DNA of 63,764 bases, the filler included, from Chiloscyllium plagiosum (Eukaryota): the NCBI RefSeq assembly GCF_004010195.1. It is 9 parts of 9 records of this genome, joined end to end, with 100 filler letters (N's around TTAATTAATTAA, not from the genome) between each part and the next. Parts side by side here need not be neighbours in the genome. Positions count along the whole stretch, not along the records: positions 43,560 to 53,626 come from NW_025205100.1; positions 53,727 to 61,740 come from NW_025209147.1; positions 61,841 to 63,764 come from NW_025174532.1; 6 more parts are not named here. One strand, 5' to 3'. The stretch's first letter is position 1, and every line of letters starts with the position of its first letter. The translations under genes were made by a program, and so were the position numbers. Below, one piece after another: positions 51,301-63,416 of this stretch. Under the pieces are notes generated by a model that saw only the letters and a list, made by a program, of their open reading frames with translations, did no database searches and was not told where the DNA came from.

Positions 51301-51750
51301 ATTGAGCAGCTACCATTAGCAAATGGTAGCGCACACAATGGAAAAGTCTATAATGGTATTAAACTTTCTGGACAAGCTCCTAATTAGAGCTAACGATCAG
51401 GCTTTGGACACAGAAAGATCCAATCCCTTCAAAACGGAAATAACTTGTATTTATGAGGGAAACCAAAAGGCACTTGAAATCCTTTGAATTGAAAAAGTTT
51501 TGGACCCAGAGATACCAGCTCACGGCAGAGGATGGAATATTGTTAGAACTTGTTAGAGAAAGTGTGATTATCCTGAGTAAAGGCCGCTGCCAAACTCTAG
51601 CTGAACTCCACCAGGGATCTCTAAAATGAAATGCGCGGGGTGACATCGCATGTCAACACTAGATCTTCCTTGGGATCACAGAGTGCCAATCCTTAGACAA
51701 TGACAGTTGTTTCATTACTTCATTGAAATCTCGGGCTTATGTTTGCAAGC
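48308..51750 (+). mobile_element. Gypsy LTR retrotransposon relic with 5' LTR and PBS
   Basis: TG...CA LTR ~48308-48543 containing AATAAA, followed by a TGGCGA PBS; degenerate gag; RT (LYQDTRLPF, VAIYLD, YLGLVNYFGKF); RNase H (YTQIQKEEL..FHQYL). Confidence 0.85.
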
Positions 51751-52092
51751 AAGTTAAAGTGGTCAGCTGTAGTGCATCTTTACAGCATTTCAGAGAACAT
51801 CTCTGACACACACACACACACTAAACAAACAACCCCACCACCCTGTGGCGGAACACTTTAACTCCCCCTCTCACTCTGCCAAGGTCATGCAAGTCCCTGG
51901 GCCTCCTCCACTGCCAAACCCTAACCACCCGATGCCTGGAGGAAGAACGCCTCATCTTCCACCTTGGGTCCCTCCAACCACACAGGATCTTTGTGGATTT
52001 CACCAGTTTCCTCATTTTCCCTCCCCACACCTTAATCCCAGAAGCAACCTTCCAACTCAGCACCGCCCTCTTGAACTGTCCCACCTATCCAT
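51750..52092 (+). mobile_element. Penelope-like element 3' fragment
   Basis: VAEHFNSPSHS, EERLIFHLGSLQPHRI: C-terminus of a PLE GIY-YIG domain. Confidence 0.75.
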
Positions 52093-52200
52093 NNNNNNNN
52101 NNNNNNNNNNNNNNNNNNNNNNNNNNNNNNNNNNNNNNNNNNNNNNNNNNNNNNNNNNNNNNNNNNNNNNNNNNNNNNNNNNNNNNNNNNNNNNNNNNNN

Positions 52201-53300
52201 CGCCCATATCTGCAACTGATTTATATAAATGATAAAAAGCAATGGAGCCAGCACCGATCCTTGTGGCACACCACTGGTCACAGGCTTCCGGTCCAAAAAG
52301 CAACCCTCTTAGACCAACCTTTGTTTCCCACCTTGAAGCCAAGTTTTATATTCAGTTAGCTAGCTTCCTCTGGGTCCCATGTGATCTAACCTGACTAACC
52401 AGTCTACATGCAGAACTTGGTCAAACACTTTGCTGAAGTCCACATGGACAACATCTACCCCTCTACCTTCACCAATCTTCTTTGTTATTTCTTCAAAAAA
52501 CTCAGTCAGGTTACAGAGACACAATTTCCCATGCACAAAGCCACGTTGACTATCCCTAATCAGTCCTTGCTTTCCAAATGCATATAAGTCCTATTCCTCA
52601 GAATCTCCTCCAACTATGTACCCACCACTGACATATGGCTCATTGGTCTATAGTTCCCTAGCTTTTCATGACAGCCTTTCTTAAATAGTGGCACCACATT
52701 AGCCACCCTCCCGTCTTCTGGCACCTCTCCCTTGGCTATTGATGATCCAAACATCTGAGCGAGGTATGCAGAAATCTCTTCCCGAGCTTCCCACAGAATT
52801 CTGGGTAACACCTGATCAGGTCCTGGGGATTTATCTACCATTATACATTTTAATCTTCAGTACCTCCTCTTCTGTAATGTGCACTGTTTTCAAGACATCA
52901 CTATTTATTTTCCCAAGTTCCCGTGCTTCCATGCCCTTCTCCACGATACGCCCTGACACAAAATATGTGATTAGAGTCTGACTAATCTCTTATGGATCCA
53001 CACATAGACAGCCACATTGATCTTTAAGGTGCCCTATTCTCTAACTATTTACTCTTTTGCCAAAATGTACTTTTAGAGTCTCTTTGGATTCTCCTTAACT
53101 GCATTTGCTAAAGCTGTCTCATGTCCCCTTTTTGTCCTCCTGATTTCCCTCTTAAGGATACTCCAACTGCCCTTATACATTTCTTGGGATTTACTCAATC
53201 CCTGCTGTCTATACCTGTCTATGCCTCTTTCTTTTTCTTGACCAGAACCTCAATTTCTCAAGTCTTCCAGCATTCCCTGCATCGACTAGCCTTGTCCTTC
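52201..53300 (-). mobile_element. CR1 LINE ORF2 fragment
   Basis: DKSPGPD..ANVVPLFKKG..NYRP; VTSGVPQGSVLAPLLFIIYIN. Confidence 0.88.
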
Positions 53301-53819
53301 TATTATCATGCCGTGGTCAAACCCCTCTATTATGTATAAAGAAAACAATTTATTTTCCTAACTCTAATAGTGAACATTAAACCAAAATAAATTCACAAGT
53401 CCAAACCCCTCCCCCTAACTCTAATAGTGAACATTAAACCAAAAAAATTCACATGTCCATATCCCTCCTCCCCGCCCCCCCCGCTTCTCTTAATTTCTTC
53501 CGATCTGACCCCAACTCTACAAAAAAAAGCTATTCCAATAACACACTTATTAAACATTACATTAACTTAATCTCAAGACCACTTACTCTCTGTCTTCTTC
53601 GGTGTCTTCAGTCTTCCCTCTGCTGANNNNNNNNNNNNNNNNNNNNNNNNNNNNNNNNNNNNNNNNNNNNTTAATTAATTAANNNNNNNNNNNNNNNNNN
53701 NNNNNNNNNNNNNNNNNNNNNNNNNNGACATTCCATGAAATCCTTTTGTTGAGATGCGCTACCCAGTCCACCTATCCATTGAAGTCTGCCATAACATTTT
53801 GTATTTGGCTTTTCTGTCT

Positions 53820-54245
53820 CCAGTTCCAAACTTCCAGCTCAGCACTGTCTCCATAACTTGCCCGACCTGCCTATCTTCTTTTCCACCTATCCACTCCATC
53901 CTCCCACCCCCTATTGTACTCTATGCTACTTTCTCTCCACCTCCACTCTCCTCTCACTTTTCTCTCCACCCTTCAGGCTGTCTGCCTGTATTCCTGATGA
54001 AGGGCTTTTGCCCGAAACATTGATTTTACTGCCAACTATTGTACTCTATGCTACTTTCTCCCCACCCCCACCCTCCTCTCACTTTTCTCTCCACCCTTCA
54101 CGCTGTCTGCCTCTATTCCTGATGAAGGGCTTTTGCCCGAAACGTTGATTTTACTGCTCGTTGGATGCTACCTGAAGTGCTGCGCCAATCCAGCACCACT
54201 CTAATCGAGAATCTGGTTTCCAGCATCTGCAGTCATTGTTTTTAC
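53820..54245 (+). mobile_element. Penelope-like terminal repeat with two hammerhead-like motifs
   Basis: A ~125-bp unit is duplicated; each copy ends ATTC-CTGATGA-A-GGGC-TTTT-GCCC-GAAAC(A/G)TT-GATT (53990-54025, 54115-54150). Homologous to 58730-59045. Confidence 0.7.
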
Positions 54246-55319
54246 CCTTTTCTGTCTCCTGATTGATTTCCTTCCCCACACCCTGGTTACTGCTTGGAGA
54301 CATAAACATAACTTGCATCAGATTCTTTATTTCTTGGGTTCCTCAACTCTACCCCCACAGATTCTACACCTTCTGACTGTATCATTTCTTATCATAACAA
54401 GGCAACTCTTGCCCCTCTGCTCATCTGCCTGTCCTTTTGATATGACATGTATCCTTGGATATTTAGTTCCGTATCACTTCTTGCTATTGATTTAAAGTCA
54501 TTTCTTACTAACAAGGCAACTCTTGCCCCTCTGCTCATCTGCCTGTCCTTTTGATATGACATGGATCCTTAGATATTTAGTTCCCAGCTCAGATCCCCTT
54601 ACAGCCATGTCTCTGTGATACCCACAACATCGTACCTGCCAATTTCAATCTGCACAAACAGCTCATTGTGTATATTGTGTGTATTTAAGTACAACTCCCT
54701 CAGTCCTGCATTGACTGCCCTCCTTCCCATCATTGTCCCCTTATCTGCTGTGATTTATGTTCGATACCTGATCCTTTCCACACTCTCTGTCCTTTTACAT
54801 CTTCTAGAATCTTGAATAACCTCTCCTGAGCCCTCCTCCGCTTTAATTAGTTTTTATTCCTTGGAAACTCAATTGACCTTGATTAGTGGCATCATTTTGT
54901 CTCCATTACTCAGAATGCTTCTTGCATTTAGATACAAACTCTTTAAGTTTGTTCTACTATTGATTTCCCTGCACTTTTATGTTTCTTTTGATATTCAAAA
55001 ATTCCGTCCCTTCCTTTTATTTTCTGGCCACAATCAATCCCATCACTAACCAGCAATTTTCCCTTCTCCTTTACCTTCCATTTTCTCATTTTCCATCCAA
55101 CTGAACCAAATTACTTTCTCTTTGGGTTGAGTTCAGGTCAATATTTATCCTTGAACCAAAATCATGAAGAATGCTCTTTGATCTCATTGCTTCCAGTGGG
55201 ATCTTGTTGTGTAGAAATTGGCAGCCCCTTTCCTGAAATTGCAACAGTGACTGGTTTTCAAGCAAAGTGTAACTGTCTTTGGGAGAGTCTGAGGTAGTGA
55301 GGGCTTGATTGAAACACAA

Positions 55320-56060
55320 TTAGAGTCATAGCGATGTACAGCATGGAAACAGACTCTTCGATCTGACTCATCCATGCCAACCACAGAGACATAAAGTCAT
55401 AGTGTCAGAGAGATGTACAGCACAGAAATAGATCCTTCTGTGTAACTTGTCCATGCCGACCAGATTACCTAAATTAATCTAGTCCCATTTGTCAGCATTT
55501 GGCCCATATCCTATTCATATACTCATCCTAATGCCTTTTAAATGTTATCGTACCAGCCTCCACCACTTCCTCTGGCAGCTCATTCCAAAAATGGACCACC
55601 CTCTGCAGGAAAAGGTTATGCCTTAGTTCCCGTTTAAATTGTTCTCCTGATACTTTTCACCTGTGCTGTCTAGTTCTGGACTCCTTCACTCTGACCAAAA
55701 TATATTCTCTATTCACTTGATCAATGCCCCCGATGATGTTAGAAACCTCTATATGGTCATCCCTCAGCCTCCAGCGATCCAGGGAAAATAGCCTCAGCCT
55801 GTTCAGCCTCTCCCGATCGCTCAAACCCTCCAACTTGGCAACATCCTTGGAAATCTTTTCTGAATCTTTTTAAGATTCCCAACATTTTTCCTACAGCAGG
55901 GAGGCCAGAATTCCACACAGTAGTCCAAAAGGGGCCAAACTAATGTCCTTTACAGGTGCAACAGCTCCTAACTCCAATACTCAATGCATTGCCCAATAAA
56001 GGAAAGCAAACCAAATGGCTTTGACACCCCCCCTACCTACCTGCAACTCCACTTTCAAGG
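55320..56060 (-). mobile_element. CR1 LINE 3' fragment(s)
   Basis: Reverse complement of the CR1 3' end, with a duplicated tail (tagagtcatag.gatgtacagca). Confidence 0.8.
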
Positions 56061-56642
56061 AACTAATCTTTTTTGGGAGGAACTGGGAGCCTTTCAGTTG
56101 TGCTTTTCCTAATCACCCTGTTCAGAAACAAACTTCTTGCTTTCACGCTCAACTAAAAATAAGATAAAGGAGGTGATGATTTAATGGTACTATTGCTGAG
56201 TTGTTCATCCGGAGATCCAGATTAATGTTCTGGGGACCAGGGTTAGAATCCTGCTACAGCAGATGGTGGAATGTGAATTCAATTAAAAAATCTGCAATTA
56301 AGTGTCTAATGATGACCATGAAACAATTGTTGATTGTCAGGAAAAAGCCATCTGATTCCTTAATGTCCTTTAGGGAAGGAAACTGCCATCCTTACCATGT
56401 GACTCCAGACCCACAGCAATGTGGTTGACTCGAAATTGCCCTCTGGGTGATTAGGGATGGGCAATAAATGCTGATCCTGCCAGTGACACTCTCATCCCAA
56501 GAAGCAATTTAAACAATGCCTATATATTTATGGGGTTTGTTAGGTATTGGCTACAAATGATCTAACATTTTGTCAGTGAATATTCTGAGAGTTGAAATCC
56601 CTTCAAATGGCAGAGATTAAAATTGTTTCTCTTGTCTTTCAG

Positions 56643-56971
56643 GCCGTGAGAACTCTCAGCCCAAGCTGACCCTGCTGCCCCCCTCCCCGGAACAGGTCAA
56701 TGCCAAGGGCACTGCCACCCTGGTGTGCCTTGCCAATCACTTCTATCCCGATGAGCTGGAGGTGCAGTGGAAGAAGGACAGTGCAGTCATTTCGGATGGG
56801 GTTCAGATCAGCAACTACCTGCGAGCTTCGGACAGCACCTACAGTGTCAGCAGCCTGCTGACCCTCTCTGGGTCTGACTGGGAGTCCAACGCTCGCTTCT
56901 CCTGTGTCCTTACCCACGTGACTCTCTCCTCTCCCCTTAGCAAGAGCATCAGGAGATCAGAATGTGTGTAG
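56643..56971 (+). CDS. Ig light chain constant exon (kappa/type III), intact
   Basis: Acceptor ctttcag|GC; (S)RENSQPKLTLLPPSPEQVNAKGTATLVCLANHFYPDELEVQWKKD..YSVSSLLTL..FSCVLTH..IRRSECV*; AATAAA at 57498-57503. Confidence 0.95.
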
Positions 56972-57728
56972 AGTGTTGGAGACAGTCCACAGAGGAGACA
57001 CAACTTTAAATAGAACTGGGCTGAGCTGGCAGGAAAAACGTCATTGTCAGCACTGAATTTCAACTCTCTTCCTTCTCAGGACTGGCTCAGAGACATTTCT
57101 GAGGTTCAGGGGTTAAGGCAGTTCATTGGGACAGTGTAGAGAGAGCTTTACGCTGTGTCAAACCTCATGCTGTCCCTGTTCTGGGAGTGTTTGATTGGGA
57201 CAGGGGTGATTTGTGATGCCAAGTAAAATCTCTTGAAGTTGCTGGAGACTGTCAGCTGTACAAAACAATGTGAACCTCAGAAGTCTCTGTTTCAGTAAAC
57301 CAGATCTCCTTCCTGCTCAGCTGCCAGTTCCAATTTAAGGTTTTGTCACTGTGTAAAGGGACAGGATTCTCATGTTATTGAGAAAATCTCCACAAGTGTT
57401 TTCCTCAAGCTCCATTGTGGCTGTGAATTTGTGCAGCTTCCTCTGTCTGGGCTGTTAATTGCTGACTGTTTTTTGTCAATGTCAATCTGGAAAAGGGAAT
57501 AAAGATGAAGAAGATTCAGTCTCTGACTCTGCGTGCTTTGGAGATTGACCACTCCATTCAGCCGATTGGCTGCATTTCAGCATGACATTGCCACAATTGG
57601 CTATTCGCCTGTCAATCAATGTCACATCCGTTGGAGAGGATACTGACAGCCAATCATCAATCACTTTCAAATGATCCCTTTGATCTGGAATCATTGGAGG
57701 TTACAAGATTCCAAACAGATGTCCATTA

Positions 57729-59045
57729 ATGCCCACCTGGACCATCTCTGACACCTCCCTCCCATTCCTGGACCTCTCCATCTCCATTAATGATGACCGA
57801 CCTGACACTGACATTTTTTACAAACCCACCGACACCGAGCATTCCACCTCTTCCCAACCTACCTCTTGTAAAAATGCCATCCTATATTCCCAATTCCTCC
57901 GCCTCCGCCATATTTGCTCCCAGAAGGACCAGTTCCACCGCAGAACACACCAGATGGCCTTTTCTTTAGAGACCGCAATTTCCCTTCCATGTGGTCAAAG
58001 ATGTGCTCCAACGCATCTCGTCCACATCCCACCCCTCTGGCCTAAATCCCCACCCCTCCAACCGTAACAAAGACAGAACCTTCCTGGTGCTCACCTTCCA
58101 CCCTACCAACCTTCGCATAAACCACATCATCCAACATTTCTGCCACCTCCAAACGGACTCCACCACCAGGGATATATTGCCCTCCCGACCCATTCCTGCT
58201 TTCTGCAAAGACTGTTCCCTCCGTGACTACCTGGTCAGGTCCACNNNNNNNNNNNNNNNNNNNNNNNNNNNNNNNNNNNNNNNNNNNNNNNNNNNNNNNN
58301 NNNNNNNNNNNNNNNNNNNNNNNNNNNNNNNNNNNNNNNNNNNNNNNNNNNNNNNNNNNNNNNNNNNNNNNNNNNNNNNNNNNNNNNNNNNNNNNNNNNN
58401 NNNNNNNNNNNNNNNNNNNNNNNNNNNNNNNNNNNNNNNNNNNNNNNNNNNNNNNNNNNNNNNNNNNNNNNNNNNNNNNNNNNNNNNNNNNNNNNNNNNN
58501 NNNNNNNNNNNNNNNNNNNNNNNNNNNNNNNNNNNNNNNNNNNNNNNNNNNNNNNNNNNNNNNNNNNNNNNNNNNNNNNNNNNNNNNNNNNNNNNNNNNN
58601 NNNNNNNNNNNNNNNNNNNNNNNNNNNNNNNGCCTCATCTTCCACCTCGGAACACTTCAATCCCATGGCATCAATGTGGATTTCATCGGTTTCCTCATTT
58701 CCCCTCCCCCCACCTCACCCCACCTCCAACCTTCCAGCTCAGCACCATCCTCATGACCTGTCCTACCTACTTATCTTTCTTTCCACCTATCCACTCCACC
58801 CTTCTCTCTGACCTATCAACTCCATCCCCAACCCCATTCACCTATTGTACTCTATGTTACTTTCTCTCCACCCCCTCTCATTTATCTCTCCACTCTGCAG
58901 GCATCCTGCCTCTATTCCTGATGAAGCGCTTTTGCCCAAAACGTTGATTTTCCTGCTCCTTGGATGCTGCCTAACCTGCTGTGCTTTTCCAGCACCACTC
59001 TGATCTAGACTCTGGTTTCCAGCATCTGCAGTCCTTGTTTTTACC
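57729..59045 (+). mobile_element. Penelope-like element (RT C-terminus, gap, terminal repeat)
   Basis: SLPFLDLSI..TDIFYKPTD..KNAILYSQFLRLRHICS; degenerate hammerhead motif at 58914-58950. Confidence 0.82.
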
Positions 59046-59454
59046 GACAGCCAGAAAGTTGTGAGGACTCCATAATTACAATCTTAGGCATTCCCTCTTC
59101 ACTCTGTGGTCCAGGCTCAGGTGCTGGGATTGCACTCTGCACTCTTTGCTGCATGCTGTGTTGTACCTGAAGTGATCTTCGGTCAATCACTGACACTGCA
59201 GGCTGCTTGTCCGTCTGAGTGCAGGTGTATTACATAATGCTGCCTGTAGGTGTTGCTCTGAGTGTGGGTGTGTTATTCAGAGAGACACCTACAGGCAGCA
59301 TTGAGTGTGAGCATGTTACTCAGTGCTGCCTGACTCTCTGAGTGTGTATTTCTCAGTGTTGCCTGTAGGTGTCTGTGTGTGTATGTGTGTGTGTTATTCT
59401 GCAATGGCTGTAGGCAGTGTAATGATTTGGAGATGCCGGTGTTGGACTGGGGCG

Positions 59455-59656
59455 TACAAAGTTATAAAAATCTCACAACACCAGGTTATAGTCTAACAGG
59501 TTTAGTTGGAAGCACACTAGCTTTCGGAGTGCCGCTCCTTCATCAAGAGGGTGCCCTCCCAACCACCTGATGAAGGAGCGGCGCTCCGAAAGCTAGTGTA
59601 CTTCCAATTAAACCTGTGGGACGATAACCAGGTGTTGTGTGATTTTTAACTTTGTA
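59455..59656. repeat. Inverted repeat (~90-bp arms) of a hammerhead-bearing element
   Basis: 59455-59548 is the approximate reverse complement of 59564-59656; a third copy lies at ~59832-59922. Confidence 0.85.
59564..59598 (+). ncRNA. Minimal type I hammerhead ribozyme motif
   Basis: CAC-CTGATGA-A-GGAGC-GGC-GCTCC-GAAAG-CTA-GTG: stems I and II are intact, and stem III is the loopless palindrome AGCT. Confidence 0.7.
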
Positions 59657-60829
59657 TCTCAATGAGTGGGAGTGTGTTACTCTGTGCTGCCTGTAGGTGT
59701 CTCTGAGGTATTTGTCTCTGAGTGATGGGTAGAGAATGGGCTTTGTGATGGGGATTGAAGATTAGGCTTTAATGTTGTCAAATCTCGGAAGAAAAACAAT
59801 TCAGTCTGAGATGGCAGCTCATTGAGGTGGCCAAAGTTAAAAAATCACACAACACCAGGTTATAGTCCCAACAGGTTTCTTTGGAAGTACAAGCTTTCGG
59901 AGCACTGCTCCTTCATCAGGCAGCTAGTGGGGCAGGATCATAGTTCACAGAATTTACAGTGAAATTGAGATGGCAGCTGAGAAAGGTGAATACTGAGAGT
60001 GTATTCTCCGTAAGAGAGGTATTTCAGAGGCAGTGTGCACTGTGCTCCCTAATGTGCTCCCCAATTACAAGGGGATTTTCTGGAGCCGGGGTCATTGCAG
60101 TAGTGGCTGTCTGCTCAGCCAATGCTGACTAGCCATAGTTGTATTTCAATGGTCAATTAGCTCGAAACGAGATACAGCAATATTGCCTTACAGGGAGGAG
60201 AGCAGTGAGTGAGGTTGATTCTTGCAGCCCCAAGAGGGATTGCAGTGGATTAATGAAGGGTGCTACCACCATGAAGGTGCCACCTTCACTCCCCCTGCCT
60301 CAGCTGTGGTAACCCTCAGGTTAAACACACCACCAGTCATCTCTGTCTGTAATGAGCGAGTGGGACTATGCTCCACTTTCCTGGGTGCTGGAGGGAAGGA
60401 GAAAGTGAAGACTGCAGATGGTGGAGACCAGAGTCAAGAGTGTGTTGCTGGGAAATCACAGCAGGTCAGGCAGCATCCGAGGAGCAGGATAATCAATGGT
60501 TTGGGCATAAGCTCTTCATCAGGAATGGAGGGAAGGCCAACCTCTCTCAAAGGCAGCACAGGCTGGATCGAAGGGGCATCAAGAGTAAGCATGGGAAGAT
60601 TGAGGGTGACAGAAGGAGGGGGTTGGTTGGCAGGAGAAGGAGGGGGTTGGTTGGCAGGTTGTTATTCAGAGTCAGGTACCAGTGTATCAGTCCTTCTGAT
60701 GCTCCCCTTTTTATCTTTTTTTCTTTTTTATTCCGCCTAATTGCGGTAGTGCTTATTTTTTCCCCAGCACCCATGGTGTGTGTGTGCAGGTGTGAGACAC
60801 AGTGAAAGACACAAAGTGCATGAATCTTT

Positions 60830-61240
60830 ATTCAATTTTGACCACCAGGAAGATAGGAAAACACCCGAGTGGCCAGTGACAAGCAATGCACTTCACATCG
60901 AAGGGCAATGATGTGTGATCAAAACAGTGAAGGGGAGGGTAGGGACTAAATCAAAATAGAGTTGGAGGGAGAAATGATGCACTCCACTCCCTGCGGCGCC
61001 CACCTCTCCCTGAACAACTCCAGGGTGTTGGTGGAGACCGCGTGCTCCTTCTCTAAGGACACCCAGGCCCTAACGTAACCGCGGAAGAGGGGCAGGCAGT
61101 CGGCCCTAACGACCCCCTCCACGGCCCGCTGCCTGGACCTGTTGATGGCCAGTTTGGCCAGGCCCAGGAGCAGACCCACGAGGAGGTCTTCAGACCTGCC
61201 CTCCTTCCTCCGTACCGGGTGCCCAAAGATAGGGAGCGTG
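60830..61240 (-). mobile_element. L1/Tx1-type LINE 3' end
   Basis: PTLPIFG..LLLGLAKLAINRSR..LFRGYVRAWVSLE..FRERW, typical of the Tx1-like ORF2 C-terminus; AATAAGA-like 3' UTR. Confidence 0.65.
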
Positions 61241-61840
61241 GGGGACAAGGTCTTTATTCTGAGAATACACTCCACTGCATTGGTTGGCCCAGCCAAACTG
61301 CTTAAAGGGATAGATTTTGAATCACAGAATTATTGCACGGAGGCCATTTGACCCATTGTGCCTGCATTAGCTCTACTGTCGAGCCCAGCTATATTATCCA
61401 GTCCCACTCTATTATCAAGTGCCAGTCTCCTGACTTTTGCCCATATCCCTCTGCACAACAGAACTATCCAAAGAAATATCCAATACCAACTTGAATGCTT
61501 CATTTGAATATGCAACCCGACATTTCCAGACAGTACATTCCTTTCTATTTTAATGGTTATTGAAGATGCGTGTGTGGGATGTGTATTCATTATCTGGATC
61601 TTAGTGTGCAAAGAACAATTTTGAAATGACATGAAATTTGGAAAAATATGAACTATGAAGATAGTGTAGAAAACCAAAAATAAATAGATAAGTTGGTGGA
61701 GTGGGCAGACAGGCAGCCAATGGCATTCAATACAAAGAAGNNNNNNNNNNNNNNNNNNNNNNNNNNNNNNNNNNNNNNNNNNNNTTAATTAATTAANNNN
61801 NNNNNNNNNNNNNNNNNNNNNNNNNNNNNNNNNNNNNNNN

Positions 61841-62164
61841 GAGAACTCTCAGCTCAAGCTGACCCTGCTGCCCACCTCCCCGGAGCAAGTCAATGTCAAG
61901 GGCACTGCCAACCTGGTGTGCCTTGCCAATCACTTCTATCCCGATGAGCTGGGGGTGCAGTGGAAGAAGGACGGTGCAGTCATTTCGGACGGGGTTCAGG
62001 CCAGCAACTACCTGCGAGCTTCGGACAGCAACTACAGTGTCAGCAGCCTGCTGACCCTCTCTGGGTCTGACTGGGAGTCCAACGCTCGCTTCTCCTGTGC
62101 CCTCACCCACGTGACTCTCCCCTCTCCCCTCAGCAAGAGCATCAGGAGATCAGAATGTGTGTAG
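61841..62164 (+). CDS. Second Ig light chain constant exon (5' edge cut by spacer)
   Basis: ENSQLKLTLLPTSPEQVNVKGTANLVCLANHFYPD..IRRSECV*; close paralog of 56643-56971. Confidence 0.92.
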   Translation, partial: ENSQLKLTLLPTSPEQVNVKGTANLVCLANHFYPDELGVQWKKDGAVISDGVQASNYLRASDSNYSVSSLLTLSGSDWESNARFSCALTHVTLPSPLSKSIRRSECV

Positions 62165-62499
62165 AGTGTTTGAGACAGTCCACAGAGGAGACACAACATT
62201 AAATAGAACAGGGCTGAGCTGGCAGGACAAAGGTCATTGTTAGCACTGAATTTAAACTCTCTTCCTTCTCAGGACTGGCTCAGAGATACGTCTGAGGTTT
62301 GGATGTTGAAGTAGGTCACTACGACAGTGTTGAGAGACTTTACGCTATGTCAAACCTCATGCTGCCCTTCTCCGGGGAGTGTTTGATGGGGAAGTGTTGA
62401 CTATATGCCGAGTAAAATCTCTTGAAGTTGCTGAAGACTGTCAGCTGTACAAAACAATGTGAACCTCAGAAGTCTCTGCTTCAGTAAACCAGATCTTTT

Positions 62500-62820
62500 G
62501 GGTGGCACGGTGACACAGTGGTTAGCACTGCTGCCTCACAGCGCCAGAGACCCGGGTTCAATTCCTGCCTCAGGCGACTGACTGTGTGGAGTTTGCACAT
62601 TCTCCCCGTGTCTGCGTGGGTTTCCTCCGGGTGCTCCGGTTTCCTCCCATAGTCCAAAAATGTGCAGGTTAGGTGAATTGGCCATGCTAAATTGCCTGTA
62701 GTGTTAGGTACAGGGGTAAATGTAGGGCAATGGGTCTGGGTGGGTGCACTGCGGCGGGTTGGTGTGGACTTGTTGGGCCGAAGGGCCTGTTTCCACTCTG
62801 GAAGTAATCTAATCTAATCT
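62500..62820 (+). mobile_element. Full-length HE1-type SINE inserted in the IgL C 3' UTR
   Basis: GGGTGGCACGGTGACACAGTGGTTAGC..GGTTCAATTCC..(AATCT)n; absent from the paralog at ~57305. Confidence 0.92.
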
Positions 62821-63416
62821 TCTTCCTGCTGAGCTGTCAGTTCCAATTTAAGGTTTGGTCACTGTTAAAAGGGACAGATTTCTCATGTTATTGAGCAAAT
62901 CTCCACAAGTGTTTTCCTTAAGCTCCATTGTGGCTGTAATTTTGAGCAGCTTTCTCTGTCTGGGCTGTTAATTGCAGTTTTTTTCTGTCAATGTCAATCT
63001 GGAAAAAGGGAAAAAAGATGAAGAGTCAGTCTCTGTCTCTGTGTACTTTGGAAATAGATGACTTCCACTACCCCTCCCCCCCAGTTGATTGGCTGCATTT
63101 CAGCAGGTCATTGTCATAATTGGTTGCTTGGCCTGTCAATCTATTACAATCATCATTCATTTATCATTTTCAAATGATCCCTTTGGTCAGGAATTTATGC
63201 AGGTTACAAGATTCCAAAAAGAACAGAAACTGAAAGTTGTTAGGACTCAATAAGTACAATCTGACGCATTCCCTCCAGGCCCAGCTGATGGGATTGCACT
63301 GTGCAATCTCTGCGGCATGTTGGGTAGACCCTGAAACAATCTTCAGCCATTCACAGACATTGCTGGCTGTGTCTCTCACAGTGTGAGTGCAGGTCAGGCA
63401 GCATCCAGGGAACAGG

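Noticed and set aside
19217-62164. Joining the V/J segments to the C exons at 56643 or 61841 as one IgL gene, or the class I alpha1-3 to the TM exons at 32890
   Set aside because: They lie on different scaffolds separated by artificial spacers and in inconsistent orientations. The two MHC-like pieces also each have their own C1 exon.
62500-62570. tRNA gene
   Set aside because: The A/B boxes belong to the tRNA-derived head of a SINE, followed by the SINE core and tail.
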